DNA from: Acanthaster planci
Lineage: Eukaryota
Length of the DNA: 64,000 nucleotides
Direction: 5' to 3'
Assembly (NCBI RefSeq): GCF_001949145.1
Contig: NW_019091359.1
Coordinates: 2,456,861 to 2,520,860, forward strand
Shown piece by piece: positions 51,255 through 64,000 of this stretch. The translations under genes and the position numbers were made by a program. Below the pieces are notes generated by a model, which searched no databases, was not told where the DNA came from, and saw only the letters and a program-made list of their open reading frames with translations. Position 1 is the first letter of the stretch, and each line of letters opens with the position of its first letter.

Positions 51255-53111
51255 ATCTTGACAAGGGATGCTTGCGTTAGAATCGTTTAGGCCCAATGTC
51301 GTGATATTGCTGTCCGCATAAATGTAAGTGTTGGTGCAATCTTGACTGTGGAAGTCAGCAGAATGTTACTACAAAGGGTGCTTTACAGGGAGAGTAGAGA
51401 GAAATGTTGCCTTGCTTTGTCAACACAAGGTTTACACAACTTGCATTATACCGACCAGTTTCCTTTTAGTACCACACAAACACGAGTATGACACAGAACA
51501 TTCACTGTCAAGTTCACCGGAATGTGCACAAAAACACAGCATCTATGCACAGGAACAAGGGAGCAGGAATAGAGGAATGCCACTCAAGGAGCCTAAACTG
51601 TTGAAGGGGCAGTTCCACTATGAGTGGCACATACTTTCTGCTAATGAGCCAGTTCGGTTAAGTCTAGAAGGTCAGATCATTTGAGAACAAAGCTCCTGAC
51701 ATCATACCGGCTCAAATGTCTTCAGTGCATGGGAGTCAACAGACAGCCGCCACAATTCTGCTGGCCTCGCACACACGTTTACTCAATTTCCCAAATACCT
51801 ACAACATGCTTCATTGGGAGCATGCACAGTTGAACTACCAAACTGGATCACTGCCAAACTTGCTATGACATTGGGCATAGCATTTTAGCTCTTTTAGCTC
51901 ATACTACAATTTCATTCAACTCACAAATGACTTTTCCCCCCTTTTCCAGCCTACCCATTGACTAAAACTCAAACATAGGCGGTCCTGTCAACAAATATGT
52001 CAGACATACATGAAGCCAACACACGTCTATTTATTAATGCCCTATGAGAACTAACGAAGATCAGACCAAGGTTTGATGTAGAAGAAAAGTCAGCTAAATA
52101 CAAGATGGGTTTACTGCTTGGAGTCAATTTTCCTTCACATTTGTAAATAGCCAATCACTATTAGACGGATACGCCTAGCTAAAAATATGTTTGATTTGTA
52201 CATGCAAATCTGTGCACCTCTAAACACACTCACTGTATTCAACAATTCTTGAACGCTTTGGGCAGGGAGGAAACTTCTTTAGAAATGTATCGGTTGTATC
52301 AACATGCAGGTGGATGTAAGTTTAGGACTACTTCTTTTAGGGCAAAAGGGGTTGAAGTCACGACTTTTATCCAGGTGAAAACCTACAGTTCCACTTCAGA
52401 GTAAACCACCGCACATACGCTGTATCTAACAGATTCTTTCCTGAACATCCTGGCCAATTTTTGGCTCAAAGCATAGTTTCCACATATTGAATGAATACTT
52501 AGAACCAACCAGCGTTAACTGATGCAAACTGTGTGTGATGTGGTTTGTGTCAACTTCAGAGTATTGCTTCTGTTTTCAACATGTACAAAAAAGTCTGGCA
52601 CACATCCAAAAGCCTCACTACACGGAACCTAGCCCCCACAAAAAAAAATGTGTCTAACTGCACAAGTGCATTATCTCACTTCTTGCCTTTGCGCAAAGCG
52701 GTTGCCACATGCTTAGAGTCATTCCTTTAACATCGGAAAAGAATAGTCAAGTCAAACTAGGTCAGTTATAATATGGTTTTTCTAAAGAAACAGCGGCTCT
52801 TTCAGCTCTACCACAAAAACAATCCTCGCCAAAAAGTCAAGCCCAATTTCTCTTTACACAGATTTACACTTAATATAATCTTTTTTTCCTCTTCACAAAT
52901 TTGGTATTATTCACATTATTTAATCATTTTCATTATTATCCATTCTCTCCTTTTATTTCTTAATAAATTACTGACAGTTCCGTTTATATGCTTTTCTTTC
53001 CTTCTTTTTTTTTGTTGTTACCTGGATGCTACAGTAGTCAGTCTGTTGACAATGTTACTCGTTCGTCTTTTAACAGGCTTGTCCTCAAAACGATGGATTC
53101 ATCTCAGACTT

Positions 53112-62276
<9,165 letters not shown>

Positions 62277-64000
62277 CTGTGGCACAAACAGACAAATGTG
62301 AATATTTATAAGTATCTACTGGCGTAGCAATCTTTATACACAAGAGAGTTGTAGCGGAGGCCTTGCGTGGGGAACGGTTTAGGAGACAGAAGCTGGAATC
62401 ATCGTCTCGCCAAGTGATCCATCCTCTTTTGCATTAAAAAATAAGTCAGTTGAATATACCGGTAACTAATGTATTCCCTAACAGTGCCTTCTCAGAAAAA
62501 AAAAGGCCACTTCAGAAGCAAAAGCTGCTTCAATGCTTATTATAAAAAGGATGTTCACCTTCAAAGTGCTGTGCAAAAGACATCTACATCGTTGATGTTA
62601 CAATCAAAAAAAATTCTCGGGGTTTATATTCACATAAATGTAAGTCTTTTCGTATGTCAAGTATTACACTTCAAGCTTGAGAAATAGGGAAAGCCTACAG
62701 TAAAATATACCACTACAACCTGCCTTGTTATCGGGTACATCAAATTTCAAACAGCTGCTGCTGCTAGTTAGCAGTCTATAAAGAAGGCTAAGACTTCAAC
62801 AAAAAGCACGTACATCTATCCCATATTCGCGAGCACTTACAGTATCACCGACCTTGGCATCAAGCACGGAGGAATAAATGCATGAAGATTCCATAACAGA
62901 CATTTAATGTACAGTACAAAAAAGTGTTTGCTACTTTTAAATCAAGGCAGGTTCACTGCATACAAGGAAATTCATACACGTACATGTAAGTAGATTGAAT
63001 GCATTGTAGTAAGTTTCCTTAATAAATAGGTTTTTGCTTATTTTCTGTTTGTGATTTTTTTTTTAGAACACAGACTGTACTTTTGATAGGCCCTCTGTCG
63101 GTAAACCTATATGAGAACACACATGTTCATAATGTCTGCACAGAGGTCAACCAACAACCCTGGATAAGATCTCTTCAACCCAGACACATGCACAGAATAC
63201 ACTCTATGCACGAAAGGTCACAACTCATTTTATGCACAAGTGCACTTGGCATTGTCAGTCGTAGCCTACAGCCATGCCAGCCCGGCTACTGCCAACTGCC
63301 TGCATTCCGCAAAGCTTTTCACAACCAACCCCGGATATGTACATGTAACAGTATGCAGCACAACCTGTGATCCTGTTATAAGCCCTTCACATCCGGCTCA
63401 CTTACAAATGGGCATTATAAATTTCAATTGACCTTTCCCGGTACTCTGCAATTTACGTCCTTTTAAGTGCACATTACAAAAGCTGCAATTTCAACAACCA
63501 ACACAAATTCCAATTTGATTCACATATCCAGGAAAGTCAAGTGTAACTCCCAATGCCCATTTGGGGAGCTCTAGTTTACACAATAACAACCAATTCACAA
63601 CCAGCACAGGCACAGATGGGGAGAGGAGGTTACCTTTCAGATGCTATTCAATAAAATTAAGAAATGAAATATCAGTTACACAGGTGAGGTACTGTATTTA
63701 TCCACCTGTCTGCAGCAAGTGGATATACATGCACCAGTAACATAAAAAAATCTGAAGGGGCTAAATAATTACACGCCCCCTCCCACAAACAGTCCTGGAT
63801 CCACACCTACAACAAGTTTGAAAATTTCAACTTTTTTTTCGCAATGAGTTTATAACAAAAGTTACACAAAACTTCCTGAGTGGCTCAGCAGACATGCTCC
63901 GGGACAGGTAGTTTTCTCTGCATTTAAAAGAAATAAACATTGGACTGCACAAGGGATGTGCATGTATGGCTTGGGTCAATATGTCACAGGGCCAAAAACA

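Noticed and set aside
42938..53111. miR-96/182/183 (miR-263) cluster, expected from vertebrate synteny downstream of NRF1
   Set aside because: Manual scanning found only seed-like fragments (such as TATGGCACTGA at about 44670) without the mature 3' sequence or a hairpin. A covariance-model search would be needed to exclude it fully.
63634..63643. 10-nt microexon of AHCYL (ag|CATCTGAAAG|gt on the minus strand)
   Set aside because: In the phase required to join exon 62276 it contains an in-frame TGA.

Overview
Eukaryotic (animal, probably marine invertebrate) genomic DNA with GT-AG introns and many MITE/SINE remnants. I reconstructed five genes by hand. (1) A minus-strand two-HMG-box (HMGB/DSP1-like) gene whose likely start codon lies on a tiny first exon 17.6 kb upstream. 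(2) An intronless, frameshifted 2OG-Fe(II) oxygenase of a family I associate with fungi and other microbes, probably a pseudogene. (3) SMKR1, absent from the ORF track, with an extra RS-rich N-terminus. (4) A complete NRF1/erect-wing/P3A2 gene of about 524 aa. (5) The 3' portion of an AHCYL/IRBIT pseudoenzyme gene convergent with NRF1. The SMKR1-NRF1-AHCYL grouping mirrors human 7q32. Regulatory-looking signals include NRF1-type motifs in the neighbouring promoter and in NRF1 intron 1, CTCF motifs, a CCAAT-octamer-TATA cluster inside the HMG intron and a near-perfect 57-bp palindrome. No prokaryotic-type system, CRISPR array, rRNA or intact tRNA was seen. All gene identities come from recognition of translated motifs, not database searches.
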